The notes beneath the pieces are model-generated. The model saw only the letters and a program-made list of their open reading frames with translations. It was not told the origin of the DNA and made no database searches. A program made the position numbers and the translations under genes. A DNA stretch of 64,000 nt. It comes from an uncultured delta proteobacterium (GTDB lineage Bacteria > Desulfobacterota > Desulfobacteria > Desulfobacterales > JAFDCJ01). Shown one piece after another: positions 63,360-64,000 of the stretch; within the stretch, counting starts at the first letter, position 1; each line of letters opens with the position of its first letter. The DNA lies in contig CAVYNY010000038.1 in the NCBI GenBank assembly GCA_963769935.1, positions 1 through 64,000 of the forward strand, in the 5' to 3' direction.

Positions 63360-64000
63360 ATGATCCTGTCAGAGTTTGAGTTTTACGAGCCCACTTCGGT
63401 TGCTGAAGCCTGTGACATGATGGCCGGCCACCCGGGAAAAGCCCGGCCCCTTGCAGGGGGTACCGACCTTCTGGTGAACATGAAAAAGAAGGTCCTGAAT
63501 CCGCAGTACCTGATATCGCTGATGCGCATTGCGGAACTCTCCCGGCTGGAAAGATCCAATGGAACGCTTTGGATCGGAGCCGGTGTTTCAGTGTCCGAGA
63601 TCGCCGCCTCCGAGGCGGTTGCCGGAAACCTCAGTGCCCTGGGCCAGGGCGCCCGCGCATTGGGAACTCCCCTGATCCGAAATCTGGCGACTATCGGCGG
63701 CAACATCGGTTCGGCCCGGCCGGCGGCCGACCTGCCGCCGTCGCTGATGGTTTACGACGCCGAACTGTTGTTGGCCGGCACTTCCGGGGAACGCCGCATG
63801 CCCATCGAGGCCTTTTTCAAAGGCCCCGGCCTGACCGCAACCCGCCAGGATGAAGTCATCACGGCCGTCGTCGTTGAAATACGCGAAGGATATTCCGGCG
63901 CAGGTTACCTGAATCTGGGCGTCCGTAAAGCCCAGGACTGCAACATCGTCAATGTGGCATCCTTCCTGGAGCTGGACGAAAAGGCCGAACGCATTCAGAC
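63360..64000 (+). CDS. Xanthine/CO dehydrogenase-family FAD-binding subunit (runs off window)
   Basis: Manual translation MILSEFEFYEPTSVAEA...LAGGTDL...IRNLATIGGNI; GGAGG RBS. Confidence 0.88.
   Translation, partial: MILSEFEFYEPTSVAEACDMMAGHPGKARPLAGGTDLLVNMKKKVLNPQYLISLMRIAELSRLERSNGTLWIGAGVSVSEIAASEAVAGNLSALGQGARALGTPLIRNLATIGGNIGSARPAADLPPSLMVYDAELLLAGTSGERRMPIEAFFKGPGLTATRQDEVITAVVVEIREGYSGAGYLNLGVRKAQDCNIVNVASFLELDEKAERIQ

Overview
Bacterial window; gene content (DVU_1551-1560-like mop cluster, DsrC/TusE homologues, sigma54 activator) suggests a deltaproteobacterium/Desulfobacterota sulfate reducer. It has two halves. (1) About 1-25.7 kb is a stress and protein-quality-control island: Na+/H+ antiporter, small membrane and coiled-coil proteins, RNB nuclease, two B12-radical SAM enzymes, two SPFH proteins with FtsH, groESL, an orphan primase and a small alarmone synthetase. 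The main discovery lies here: five promoters share an identical architecture. Each has a tandem 16-bp palindromic enhancer (TGG-N10-CCA twice, 17-bp period) 133-134 bp upstream, an IHF-like site exactly 41 bp upstream, and a sigma54 core with a non-canonical GG-N10-GA. The perfect enhancer copy starts right after the stop codon of a PAS-AAA+ sigma54 activator. (2) About 31-64 kb is a molybdenum-hydroxylase region: a LIV-type ABC transporter, porin-modA-cysteine desulfurase, three aldehyde oxidoreductase (Mop-like) paralogues (two followed by single-Cys DsrC/TusE-like genes), pruA, a truncated ModE with three matching operators, the mop accessory cluster and the start of a FAD subunit. Also present: a V4R/hybrid kinase pair, gene remnants (gnd, glgP, malT-like, M20 peptidase), two copies of a 156-bp MITE with covarying stems, short tandem repeats, and several +1 frameshifts that may be sequencing errors. 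All calls come from manual motif reading; no searches were run.
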